DNA of 64,000 bases from the NCBI GenBank assembly GCA_009103225.1, contig RHPI01002503.1, positions 437,562 through 501,561 on the forward strand, read 5' to 3'. The notes beneath the pieces were generated by a model. It made no database searches, was not told the DNA's origin, and worked only from the letters and a program-made list of their open reading frames with translations. The DNA comes from Chlorokybus atmophyticus (taxonomy: Eukaryota; Plantae; Mesostigma and Chlorokybus algae). Shown here piece by piece: positions 53,632 through 64,000 of the stretch. How positions within the stretch are numbered: the stretch's first letter is position 1; the number at the start of each line of letters is the position of its first letter. The translations under genes were made by a program, and so were the position numbers.

Positions 53632-54656
53632 TTAGGTGATGTGGGAGCCTTGGTCCTGCTCAAGTAATATGCGTTCAGCCTGATCATTCCCGATCAAGTA
53701 CTTATTATCTTGTGTACGACCTGCGACAACACCTCTACCTACACAAGTGCAGGAAAGCATACATCACTGACTATGACTGCCGCAAACTACGGTGAGACAT
53801 TCCAGAAGGCACAGTGGATGACGGACACAGTCAACCGGCGTGCCATGCTGCAACCACTACAGCTACTCTGGAGTCAGCAGCATCTGATCAAACAACGTGC
53901 ACAGGATGCAGTACGGTCAAATCTAACGCTGCTGTGCATGGCAGCGTTGGTTGCTGATGGTAGCAATCAGTCTGTCCTAGCTCGCGGCCACGTTCCAACG
54001 CCACCAATAATGCCCTAAGCTCTGAAAACAACGCAGCTAGCTGATGAAAACGTGCACCCAGCCTAGGCTAGCACCGCATGCAACGACTGAGCAAGCACTC
54101 AATCAAGCTCGCTTGTATTGACCATTCGGCTCCGTTTGGCAGCAAGGCGTTGTCAGCAAAAAGGTGTTGGGAGCGTGTGCTTAGTGCAGCAGCCTGGTGC
54201 ACACGGGCAGACTACTAGCATGGCATAGACCCCACCAGCACGCTCATCTATCCAGAGTCTCATCACACCTGCAAGCGCGGTTGTCGCCCCTTAGCCGCAA
54301 AATCAACAACGATTTCAAAGCGAGGCTCCTCCAAGCGCTCCAGAAAAAGGGATCCGGAAAAGACTGCCGCTTCGCGCTGTAAACCAGCACAATGCGGACT
54401 GCGGCGACGCTGGCAGCGTCCTGGATGACGCTGTCGCCGTCAGCAACAACTAACGTTATGAGCACGCAAACCGATGCGAGCAGCAACCCTGACCCATCTC
54501 AAACCGGGTCCAGATGGCCAGTGGATTCGGTTCGAGTGATTGCGCGGGAATTTGGCGCCATTTGAATGTTAGGGTTTTCTGCTTGTGGCCAATGTGGTCG
54601 GCGGCGTCGGCGATGTGGATGAGTGGGTGTGGCTGACGGGTGGCCTGGTGCATGAG

Positions 54657-57600
54657 ATGGATGCAAGGGTGGTACCGCTGCCTGCGGAGGTGATCAGCCG
54701 GTTGCGTGCCGACACGATCATCACAGGGATTGCGGCCGTCGCTTCGGAGCTGGCGGCCAACAGCATTGACGCTGGCGCCACCAAGGTGTGTGGCAGGACG
54801 GCACAAAGTATTGCTTGTGTTTAACAATGTTGATACTGAAGCTGTCGCAAACATAATGACAAATGATATCCGCATGCCTCCTTCTGCGCGAGTGCTTGGG
54901 CGCATGTTACTGTCTTTGTGTCGCACCTTGCTTCGCGTCATAGATCTCAGCAGCATCCGAAAATGCGCCATATCTGTACGCAGTACCTAGAGACTACAAC
55001 TTGCACGTTCTTGTACATGCATCGGACAGTAAAGCTCGCTTCAGCACTGACGAGACATGTATCATACAGATCTGTATTCTTCTTGACACGGCAAGTTGCT
55101 CAGTGCGAGTCGCTGATAACGGTGAGCATACTGCACGTCTGTGCCAAGGAATCTTCAAGATCTTGATGTTGCCACCAGTTGGAGTTGTTGCAAAAGTTGC
55201 CAATCGTCATCTCTTAACTGAAGTCGGTATGCAAATTCAACTGACATGTAGCTTGCATCCTCTTCTTGACAGGCTGTGGCATTCCTCGCGACGCACTTTC
55301 TACCGTCTGTTTGCGGCACGGTATGGCGTCAGCATCTCTTCAAACCGTGCACGTGGTTCTGAACATGCTGCAACTCACAACAAGCTGTGTTTTGTCAACA
55401 CAGCCACATCCAAGCTGCACTCGCTGAAGGACTTTGAAGCTGGCGTTGCCACACTTGGTTTCCGGGGGGAAGCGCTTGCATCGCTTGCGGAAGTGTCTGT
55501 GCTCGACATAACAACCAAATACAAGAGCACTGCAGGCACATACCGCAAAGTTGTGAAGGTAAGAGGAGCTGTTTTGGCGTCACTCTGAGACACAACGGTA
55601 CGTGCATTTGGGTGATTGTCTGCAACACTGCAGACAGGAAAGGTGGTGAGTTTTGGGTTGTGCAGCGAGCGAAGAGCAACCGGCACAACAGGTACACAGA
55701 CTTGTATGTGCATCATGTCTGTACATCGGTTGTGACTTGCTGTGTTTCAGTTACCGTGCGGGACTTCTTTTTCAACCAGCCAGTGCGACGGCGATTGCTG
55801 CAAGCCAAGTATGTATCATGCTGCATCTGTCCTCAAGTGCATACACTGATTACACGCTATCCTCTTGTGTACACACAACACCAGTGCACGCAAAGAGCTG
55901 GACGGCGTCAGGAAAGAGATCACACAGCTTGCATTGGGTCATCCAGATATCTCATTTCGCATAAATGAAGCACGAAGGTGCCGTGTTGCAAGCAATGTTG
56001 CATATTAGCCATTAGTGAAAGAGCAACTGATGATCTGTGTGCAGACCTGATCCTCTATTGCAGACCCGTCCAGGCAGCATTGACTGCTTGTTGCGGGAGT
56101 TGTTTGGGCATGCTGTAGCCGAGGGCATGCAGCCATTACACTTCGCAGCGGGTAATCACTCCATAACTGGCAGCCTCTTGATGCCAACGCACACCATGTC
56201 ACACAAGGTAGGGCCCCATAGCAAGACTGCACGAGTCGTGCATGTGTCAGCGTATCGAGACCAATCATCACCTGATTTGTCTTTGGCAGGGTCTACAATA
56301 TATGTGTATCCTTCTTGCTGCAGTTTAGAGCTTGCCCTACGTAAGCTTCATGCTTGACCTTAACCTAGTTGAGTAGATGTCAATCGGCGGTTGGTGTGCA
56401 AAACCCCTTTCCACAGACTGGTGAACAGGCTCTTCAACATCGCCAGGGAGGCAACCTGCGGTAACCGCATCTGCAACAATGGCCCGGTGTGGAAACGCTC
56501 CCAGCAGAGCTTCCCGGCATTTGCCATCAATGTTACTTGTCCTCTGAACAGTTATGACGTTTCTATGGACCCTACTAAGACGGCTATTGAGTTCAAGGTA
56601 CTCGGTTTTGTACTTAAGAGTTGAAATGCATGTAAGACAAAGTTTCGCTGCTAAGCTCCTTGAGTAACCCACTACTTCTTTATAAATTAGTCAGTGCTGC
56701 ATGCTGTGCAGGACTGGGACAGCATTCTGGATGTGTTTTCCCATGCACTCCTCCAAGCCTGGGCAAGCTTTCTCCCTGCATCTTTCCTCAAAGGTACAAG
56801 TGCAATCAACAAGGGGTACAAGGCAGCATGCCAATTCTCTTAACATCTTGTGAAACTTTTGCGCTCGACCAGGTATCAACTATAACCAGGCTGCTGCGCA
56901 AGTTCAGTCATCAGAGCACGTTGCCACCCCTGCACATACACAACGCCCAGAGGCTTACTCTAAGCAAGCCGCACAGAAGCGCAAGCACAACAGTGCAGCT
57001 CAATGCCCTCCTTCTCCCCGCGACCCGCCATCCAAGCCCGCACCAGTGCACTCTGATGAAGCCAGCTCAAAGCCAGAGCGCAGGGTAAAGCGACACGCGG
57101 TTCATCCCTCGTGCAATGCTTCGCCTCGTGTCGCTCAGTTGGATGACCTGGTCGAAGTCAGAAGGAGCGATGCGGACAATGCAGCCGAGTTAGATCTGGA
57201 GTTGGCATTGGGTTGTGACAGAGATGACGATGAACAAGCATGGGCTGAGCTGATGCAGATGGTCAAGCCCGAAGAAGCTGACATTCCGGCAAGTCACCGC
57301 CCCGTGACAACAAGAAGCAAAGAGGTCAGCCAGGGGAGCATCAGTAGCTGTCGCAGACGCCTGGATTACCAATCACCTGGACGAGGCGTCGACGCATGCA
57401 AGAAGAGGCGGTTGTCACACAGACAAGCTGGCTGCGCTCCAGAGCTGAACAGTCTTTGTTATGGCGTTACAATGCCAAGTCAGGAAAACAATGCTGCCTG
57501 CAATATGTCGGATGGCGCCGGCACCGCACCAGACTTGGACACAGCTTGCAAGAAACGCCAGCGCAGTAGTGGCAAAAGTGCTCCCTCCAAGCCCCACAAC

Positions 57601-58702
57601 GAACTTCCACATTGCCCACCAAGATCCGAAGAAGCAGCACGGAAGGATGAACAGGACAAAACAGACAGGTGCGACACCAAATGGCGTAGAGGCAAGTCGC
57701 CCCTCAAGCCAACCTCCAGGCTGCCTTCCGTGCCAGAGATGTATAAGGCCTGGAAGAATCCCTGCATGCGGATACAGGAGAAGCACATCCTCGAGCTGCG
57801 TGCGGAGGCGAACAAGGACTGCACTTGGACAGCGGTGCCTTCCTCTATCAACAGGGACATGCTATCATCAGCGCGAGTGCTGCAGCAGGTGGAGGAGAAG
57901 TTCATCGCTGCCGTGGCACATGGCGTGCTGGTCATCATCGATCAGCATGCTGCCGACGAGCGTGTGCGTCTTGAAGAGCTGCGCAAAGAGGTCCTGGATC
58001 CCATTCTCCAAGCAGGAGCTGCACCACCTTCCCTCCAGCTCAAGCAACCCGCTGTTCTCTCGACGTCCTCAGAGGAGGAACATCTATTGCAGGTACATTG
58101 CAGCGACTGTTGATGGGGTGCGTGCAAGTTCTTATTATGTCTTTGTTGACTGCATGCGCTTCACCTGCTGGGTGTGTGCTGAAGGGTTACATGTATGCCA
58201 GGTGTATCGGAAGCAGCTCGAGAGATGGGGCTGGAGGTGGAAGTGCCGGGGACGTGAGACCCAGTTGCATGCCGTGGTGGACATCGCGGGCACGGGCCTG
58301 ACTCCAGCCGACTTCAAGGAGCACCTGCGCGAGCTAAAGGAGACACAAGGGGCCTTGACCGCCCCGCACGCCGTCGCGCGCACGCTCAACTCCAAGGCCT
58401 GCCGCAGCGCCATCATGTTCGGGGACCTGCTGCTGCAGCGGGAGTGCGCGGTGCTGGTGGACAGGCTGCGGCGCACGCAGCTGTGTCTGCAGTGCGCCCA
58501 CGGCCGCCCGACGCTCGTGCCGATTGTTAAGTTGCAAGCGCTGCATCAGCGCTACGGGGTGACGCTCAAAGCGGCACTGCACTGCACGCGTGCAAGTGGT
58601 CAGAAGTCGACTGCGACGCCGCGCGTGTCGCTGGAGCGCCTTCGTGCTCGCCTCGCGGTGGCAAAAGACATGAACACGATGATGCAGCAACCCTCTGGGT
58701 AG
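54657..58702 (+). CDS. MLH3: MutL homologue MLH3
   Basis: SELAANSIDAGAT, VADNGCGI, ATSKL, TLGFRGEALASL, GTTVTVRDFFFNQPVRR, YVNRR, DQHAADERVRLEEL endonuclease motif, KACRSAIMFGD and QCAHGRPT. TGTAA at 58749. Confidence 0.93.
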
Positions 58703-58748
58703 GACTGCTTTGCATGCTTTGCGTGCTAAATGACAGTAGGTTCATGGT

Positions 58749-58753
58749 TGTAA
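58749..58753 (+). promoter_or_regulatory. Candidate chlorophyte-type polyadenylation signal TGTAA (MLH3)
   Basis: 47 nt after the stop. Similar hits on the sense strand after the zinc-finger gene (1514-1518), PLAC8 (40588-40592), Prp6 (45014-45018), PEX19 (52035-52039) and MBOAT (63224-63228). Confidence 0.5.
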
Positions 58754-59399
58754 CTTATTGTACAATTGTTTGCAATAGTGATGTTGGTAGCATGCATTGT
58801 TGACATGGCACAGTTGTGGCTGCTGTAGCTGACATCTCAATGCCACAATGCATGTTGTTGCTCAATTAAACATACTTGGTAACCACTACTCCAAAGATTA
58901 CAGTATTAACGTATGCATGTCAACCCATCTCAGTACTAGGTTCTGATGTGGCATAGATGCAATGAAACATCTTGCACGACCGCGAGAAGACATAGCCTGT
59001 TACCTTTCAACACGTAGATGACAGTGGCATTTTTTAAGTCGATTAACATATCATCTGAAGATTTTGCAGAGGCGACCTGATTACAATGGGCATTGCGCGT
59101 TGCAAATATGATGGCATGGTGCATACGTTGCTTGTGTGCGAATGTGGTTTACACTTGGTTGCTCATGCACATTGTTGGTCTGTTTTGCGTATGGGCGCGA
59201 ACACAATGACACAAGTGTATAAAAGATGCAAGTTGCATCACGCGCATGCAAAGCACACCGCATGCAAAGCACACTCATGTGTATTTGGACAATGCTCATG
59301 GACATCGTTCCAGCCAAATTTAAAAATGCATCAACAGCTTCACCACAACAGTATGGTCAGTGACCACCACTGGACACCACTAGGGCACTGTAGTGAACA

Positions 59400-59631
59400 A
59401 TCCGCTCCCTCATTTCTCTATTTGGGACTGTTTTGGGGAGCGGCAAAGCAATGGAGTGTTAACGTCGACAACATTGATTATAGGTCAAGGTGGCGCTCGC
59501 CCGCACCAAAGTCGGCGAATCCAAGATCTGACACAAATGGCTGAGCTCCACATTGAGATTGTGCTATTGCCCGGTTGAGCATTTGCATCTGATCATCCGC
59601 TCCCTCATTGCTTTATTTGGGACTGTTTTGG
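59400..59631. repeat. 37-bp direct repeat pair, 195 bp apart, downstream of the tRNA
   Basis: ATCCGCTCCCTCATT(T/G)CT(C/T)TATTTGGGACTGTTTTGG at 59400-59436 and 59595-59631. Confidence 0.8.
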
Positions 59632-59663
59632 CGGGTAGCCTTACGGAAAAAGACTTGCAAGGG

Positions 59664-59668
59664 AAAAA
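59664..59668 (-). terminator. Pol III oligo-T terminator of tRNA-Leu
   Basis: TTTTT 8 nt past the discriminator base. Confidence 0.75.
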
Positions 59669-59675
59669 TGCTTGC

Positions 59676-59757
59676 TGTGCAGGGTGGGATTTGAACCCAC
59701 GCCTCCGAAGAGACCAGAGCCTTAATCTGGCGCCTTAGACCGCTCGGCCACCTCCAC
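59676..59757 (-). tRNA. trnL-AAG: tRNA-Leu (anticodon AAG), 82 nt, long variable arm
   Basis: GTGGAGG TGGCCGAGCGGTCTAAGGCG CCAGA-TTAAGGC-TCTGG TCTCTTCGGAGGC GTGGG-TTCAAAT-CCCAC CCTGCAC A. A and B boxes intact, CAA motifs upstream. Confidence 0.92.
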
Positions 59758-60027
59758 ATGTTGTTGCAACTACTTTTGAGCAAAATAACCTATTATTTAC
59801 TGTTGTGCGCACGTACATGCGCAGGTCCATGCGCGGGCATGCCGTAAACACCGTCCCCAACGCGGCGGGCGGGCGGCGGGGGAGTGGAGGTTAAGCGAGG
59901 GCAGGAGTTGTATATATATTTGCAGAGAACTCTGGGGTTGGGCGCGAGGACAGCCCAGTGGTTTGAAGCACTGGACGGGACAAAGTAGTTGCTTGGGCGT
60001 CAAGCAGCGCAGCAAACGCCGCCCGAG

Positions 60028-63000
60028 ATGGAGGCGTTGGCGGCGCTTGGGCTGCCGCCCGCCACCGTCCGTTTCCTGCTGGCGTTCCTGTCTACCATAC
60101 CCGTCGCCTACATCCACAGGTGCGGTGTTTGTAATTGGCTGCTTCTGCAGTGTGTGCTTGCTGGCCAGCTCTCAGTGTGCGTCTGTCTGTCTGTCTGTCA
60201 GTCTGTCGTTTTTATGCTTACACCCAACAAACAGTCAAGGGGACTATCAGCATGATTATTATCCATCTTATGCCGCCTGCTCGCTTGCTCGGCACTTGCA
60301 CACGAGAGACCACTGGACAGTGCATGCATGCGTGCAAAGCTAGGTGAGTATTGCTCAGTCAACCGTCATCGTGCCTGGCGAGCATCATCATGCTTGCGAG
60401 CACAATATTTGATATCAAATGAACAGCTGGCTGAAGGCATCACTTTATAGTAGCGTAGTTACGCATGCCCAACTACAGCATGCACTGTTGATTGGGTGAC
60501 GTGCGTCAGCTGCTGCTGACATGCTGTGCATTCGCGTAGCATAAGATTACCAGGCATACGCTGTCGAGACATGGGACACATGCTTGTCTGTGATTGTGCA
60601 CATGCAACACGATCTCATGCACAACAGGGAGTAGTTGGTTGGCCTTTCACTCGACCTTTTTATAATAACTACATGAGATGCAGCACGGAGGGCAAGCTTG
60701 TTGGCTATAGGCACTGCCGTTGACCACACAAGATTGTCTCGTGCAACTTATTTACGAGATTTTGGCCCAGGGCAATGCCAACACCCACAACTCGCCACGC
60801 GTGGGCGGCCGTGTCAGGGGCTGTGCTGTGCACGGCGGCGTTCGGGGTCAACACGCTCATCCACCTGCTCATTCCAGCTATCCTGGCGTACGCCGCCATG
60901 ATTGTGCTCAGGAAGTACTGCGGCATCGTCGTGTTCATCGGCAGCTTCGCGTACCTCATCTCATGGTGAGGAGAATTGTGTGTTTCCCACAATGAGAGGC
61001 TACTCAGTGTGCGCACATGAGATTGACGTGGTTTGTTTCTGTTGTTGTGTCATTGTGCAGCCACATAGGCTACGCCAGTGGCGACATGTGGATGAACAAC
61101 GGCATAGATGTCACAGGTGAAAGCTCTCATCATGTGTTGCTAGTTATTGTCTTGTTTTCCAAGGTGTTTGATGGTAGGACTGACTGTTACTTATGCATGT
61201 GTGGTTGTAGGTGCTATGATGATTTTGATGCTGAAGCTCATATCCTGCGCTTACAACTACCAGGATGGCTGCTACCTTGATGCGGTAAGTGGTCAATCCA
61301 CTCTTGGTGCATGACAAGTATCACATTCAACTCTGGCAAACAACTTTCCCGTGTGTGGTTGCGTCATCATATACTACGAGAATAGCTCTCTTTTTGGAAA
61401 TCACACCACTCCATGAACTGTGATTGCAGACTCCCATGCCGTTGCACGAAGTCCAGCGCAAGTACGCGTTGAGGAAGCTGCCCTCCATACTGGAGTACTT
61501 TGGCTACCTGTTCTGCGATGGTCTGGTAATGTCCGGCCCCGTGTTCGAGATCTCAACATACCTGGCTTATACCAACCGAGAGGAGGTATCACTCTGACAG
61601 TTTTAAACATGGTATAGTTGGATGTGGATGAGTGGTGTAACAACATCTTTGCAATAGGTGTACAGTCCCAAGTATGAGCGGAGGATGCCTTCATCGGTGC
61701 TGCCCTCGCTAACGCGATTGGCCATCGCCATCGTGTGCGCCGGCATTTACCTCAAGCTGCTGCCTCAGGTGGACCACCTGAAGAGCAACATTTACAGCGA
61801 GTTACCACTCTGGAGAAAGTGAGTGGGCTGTTGTGTGGCGGATTGGCTAAGTTGCGTGCACGCACGCGCACATGCACACACAGGCACACACAGGCACACG
61901 CACGCTCACCCGCATGCATGCGTATGCGAGTTTGTACTACAATGCCTTGCTCTCGTGTGCGCTTCTGCGGCACAACATGTAAACCCAGCACACCACAGGT
62001 TGTGGTTCATGTACCGGTTGTCCTTCTTCACTCGCTTCAAGTACTACTTTGCGTGGAATGTTGCGGCCGCCGCAATGGTCATGTCCGGGTTGGGTTACAC
62101 CGGAGCCGCGCCCCCGGCATACCCATGGTACAGATTGGCCTGATGCTGATAACAAGGCTGCGTTTGGTAACTGTTGTTGCAGCGTGCGTGCGTGCATGTG
62201 CGTAAGCGTGCGGGTGTGGGACAGTGTTGGTGGGAATGCTGCGTGGTGCTGAGTTTGCTTCCTACCTCACAGGGAGCGTGCGTTGAATGTGCATATAAAG
62301 GGTGTGGAGTTGTGCGTGAGCGGCGCGCAGCTGCCGGCGGTGTGGAACGTTAGTGTCAGCACGTGGCTGCGAACATGTATGCACACTTCCAACAACTCTG
62401 TCATGTTCTCTTGTTTCAACACGGACTCATATGTGTTTGTGCGTTTGCTCTTCAGACGTGTACATCAGGTTGAGTCCAGTCGGCAGCAAACCCGGCTACC
62501 TTCCATTGCTGGCCACGCAGTTCATCAGCGGCATCTGGCATGTGAGTTGGGCAGCTTGGTGTTGTGCAATATAATCTTGTGTCACTCTTTTACAACCCTT
62601 CTTATGCACTTGTGTTGTGCATTGACAGGGTGTTTACCCTGGGTACATTCTCTACTTTGTCTCCACCAGTTTCATGATTGCCGCCTCCAAAGGTGAGACT
62701 ACTGATGTTGATGGGTTGGTTTGATGTCGGATTCTTGTTAGCGAACAACCAACACGCGCGTGTTGGTTCCGCCTCTTTGTCAGTGCTGTACAGGTACCAA
62801 CAAGCCCTTCCCAAGGACGCGAAGACCGCTCGCAACGCCTTCAGCGTGTTCCATTGGGCATTCACGTCGGTCGTACACACATACCTCACCATGGGCTTCA
62901 TCGTGAGTGACCCTTCGTCTTGATGATGTTTTCTTTCTGTCATAGCCAGGTGCTTACGTGTGGCTATCATTCGTACAGATTCTGTCTTTCAGCGGGACGA

Positions 63001-63122
63001 TTGCGGCGTGGCGATCGGTGCATTTCATCGGTCACGCGATGCTGTTGTTGGTCATTCTGCTAGGGTTTGTGTACAGCCCGAGGGCACCCAAAGAGACTGT
63101 GAAGGTCCAGAAGATACAATAG
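60028..63122 (+). CDS. MBOAT-family lysophospholipid acyltransferase (LPCAT/LPLAT-like), multi-exon
   Basis: MMILMLKLISCAYNYQDG, LPSILEYFGY..C...GPVFE, RFKYYFAW, SGLGY, WNVSVSTWLRTYVYIRL and catalytic-His motif SGIWHGVYPGY; ends KVQKIQ*. Confidence 0.92.
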
Positions 63123-63400
63123 CAATGGAACAAGTTGAGAGGTGCAGCCCAAGTAACAGACCAGTACTAGGCAGTAATATTGAACTGTTTCACATACTGT
63201 TGTGTGGTCGCGCGGGTGTTGTGTGTAACAGACACACGCACGCATGCACATGTGCGCATGTAACTGCGTGCGGCTGCGCACACGCATACACACACGCAAT
63301 GCATGCGCATACGCACGCACGCATGCACGCACGTGCGCACAAGACAGCCCTCCTGTGATATCTGTGTACGTATCACCCCCCAACAATCCACCACACACTG

Positions 63401-63673
63401 TCACTTAACAAGCTCGACCGTATCCGAGTCAAACGGCGAGTCCTTGCTTTTGAATATTATCACATGCACGTTCCCGTCGTTCCCGTCCACTCGCATCTGC
63501 AGGTATCCCCGGTTCTCGTGGCTCACGGCCGCGGCGAACGCGGACCCGACGACACAGTGGTACACCCCGCTCGTCGCGCGACCGTCGGAAGGGTAACGCT
63601 TGTCGTACTCCTTCTTGATGAAGGTGGCGACGTCCTTGAAATGGGAGTGCTTGTCGAAGGCGGCGCCTGCTAC
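63401..63673 (-). CDS. Dynein light chain type 1/2 (LC8/DNAL4-like) family protein, last exon only
   Basis: FDKHSHFKDVATFIKKEYDKRYP...YHCVVGSAFAAAVSHE...VHVIIFKS fits the LC8-fold pattern (IKKE.D..Y...HC.VG..F...V.HE...V..FKS). Acceptor at 63674; upstream exon not identified. Confidence 0.8.
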   Translation of the reverse strand, partial: VAGAAFDKHSHFKDVATFIKKEYDKRYPSDGRATSGVYHCVVGSAFAAAVSHENRGYLQMRVDGNDGNVHVIIFKSKDSPFDSDTVELVK

Positions 63674-64000
63674 CTGCGTGTGCATGGGGGACACTGTGTT
63701 ACACGCATGATCTCAGTGCAACCCTCACGTGCGTAAGTGCGTGCGCGTTCGTGTTTGTGCAACGTGCGCATGGAGCCGCACACATCAGCCACGGGAGTTG
63801 TTGGTCATCGGCAGTCCTCTCAAGGTTCTCTCAAAAACAGAGTCGTTTGTGCCAATGGCTAGTCAAGCAAGATGTGATGTAACCAAATCTAACACTCTCT
63901 CTGCGACTGACGCTTGGACGGCAATTGACCAAACACAAAGCTGGTGCTGCTGATGATAATGCTGCTGATGATGAATAGCGGAGGTGGGCAGGAAGGGCAG

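Noticed and set aside
54244-54486. Extra small gene in the PEX19-MLH3 divergent interval
   Set aside because: Protein-like frames lack a supported start and downstream exons.

Overview
Intron-rich eukaryotic nuclear DNA, most likely from a chlorophyte green alga. The support is plant/algal-type TRAPPC8, Prp6 and PLAC8 proteins, TGTAA motifs 30-160 nt after several stop codons, a dynein light chain, and the standard genetic code. Gene order: small MIU-like/LSD1-type zinc finger/CaaX gene (-), TRAPPC8 (-), a 12.9-17.0 kb island of decayed AT-rich DNA and dense palindromes, two tandem PhoD alkaline phosphatases (-), a nested repeat cluster holding a dead intron-containing pogo/Tc5-type transposon, a divergent pair of unrecognised genes, a Chlamys-like Penelope remnant (GIY-YIG plus CxC, no RT, flanked by direct repeats), PLAC8 (-), Prp6 (-), PKA catalytic subunit (+), PEX19 (-), MLH3 (+), tRNA-Leu(AAG) (-), LPCAT-type MBOAT (+) and the 3' exon of a dynein light chain (-). 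The most unusual signals are: (1) an 11-bp-phased array of an invertible heptamer beside stacked hairpins at 16.2-16.45 kb; (2) the endonuclease-only Penelope-like unit; (3) frequent GC-AG introns, one with a very weak donor where the paralogue uses GT; (4) repeat decay dominated by apparent C-to-T changes. Gene models were traced by eye and family calls come from remembered motifs, not database searches. I cannot establish that any finding is truly undescribed.
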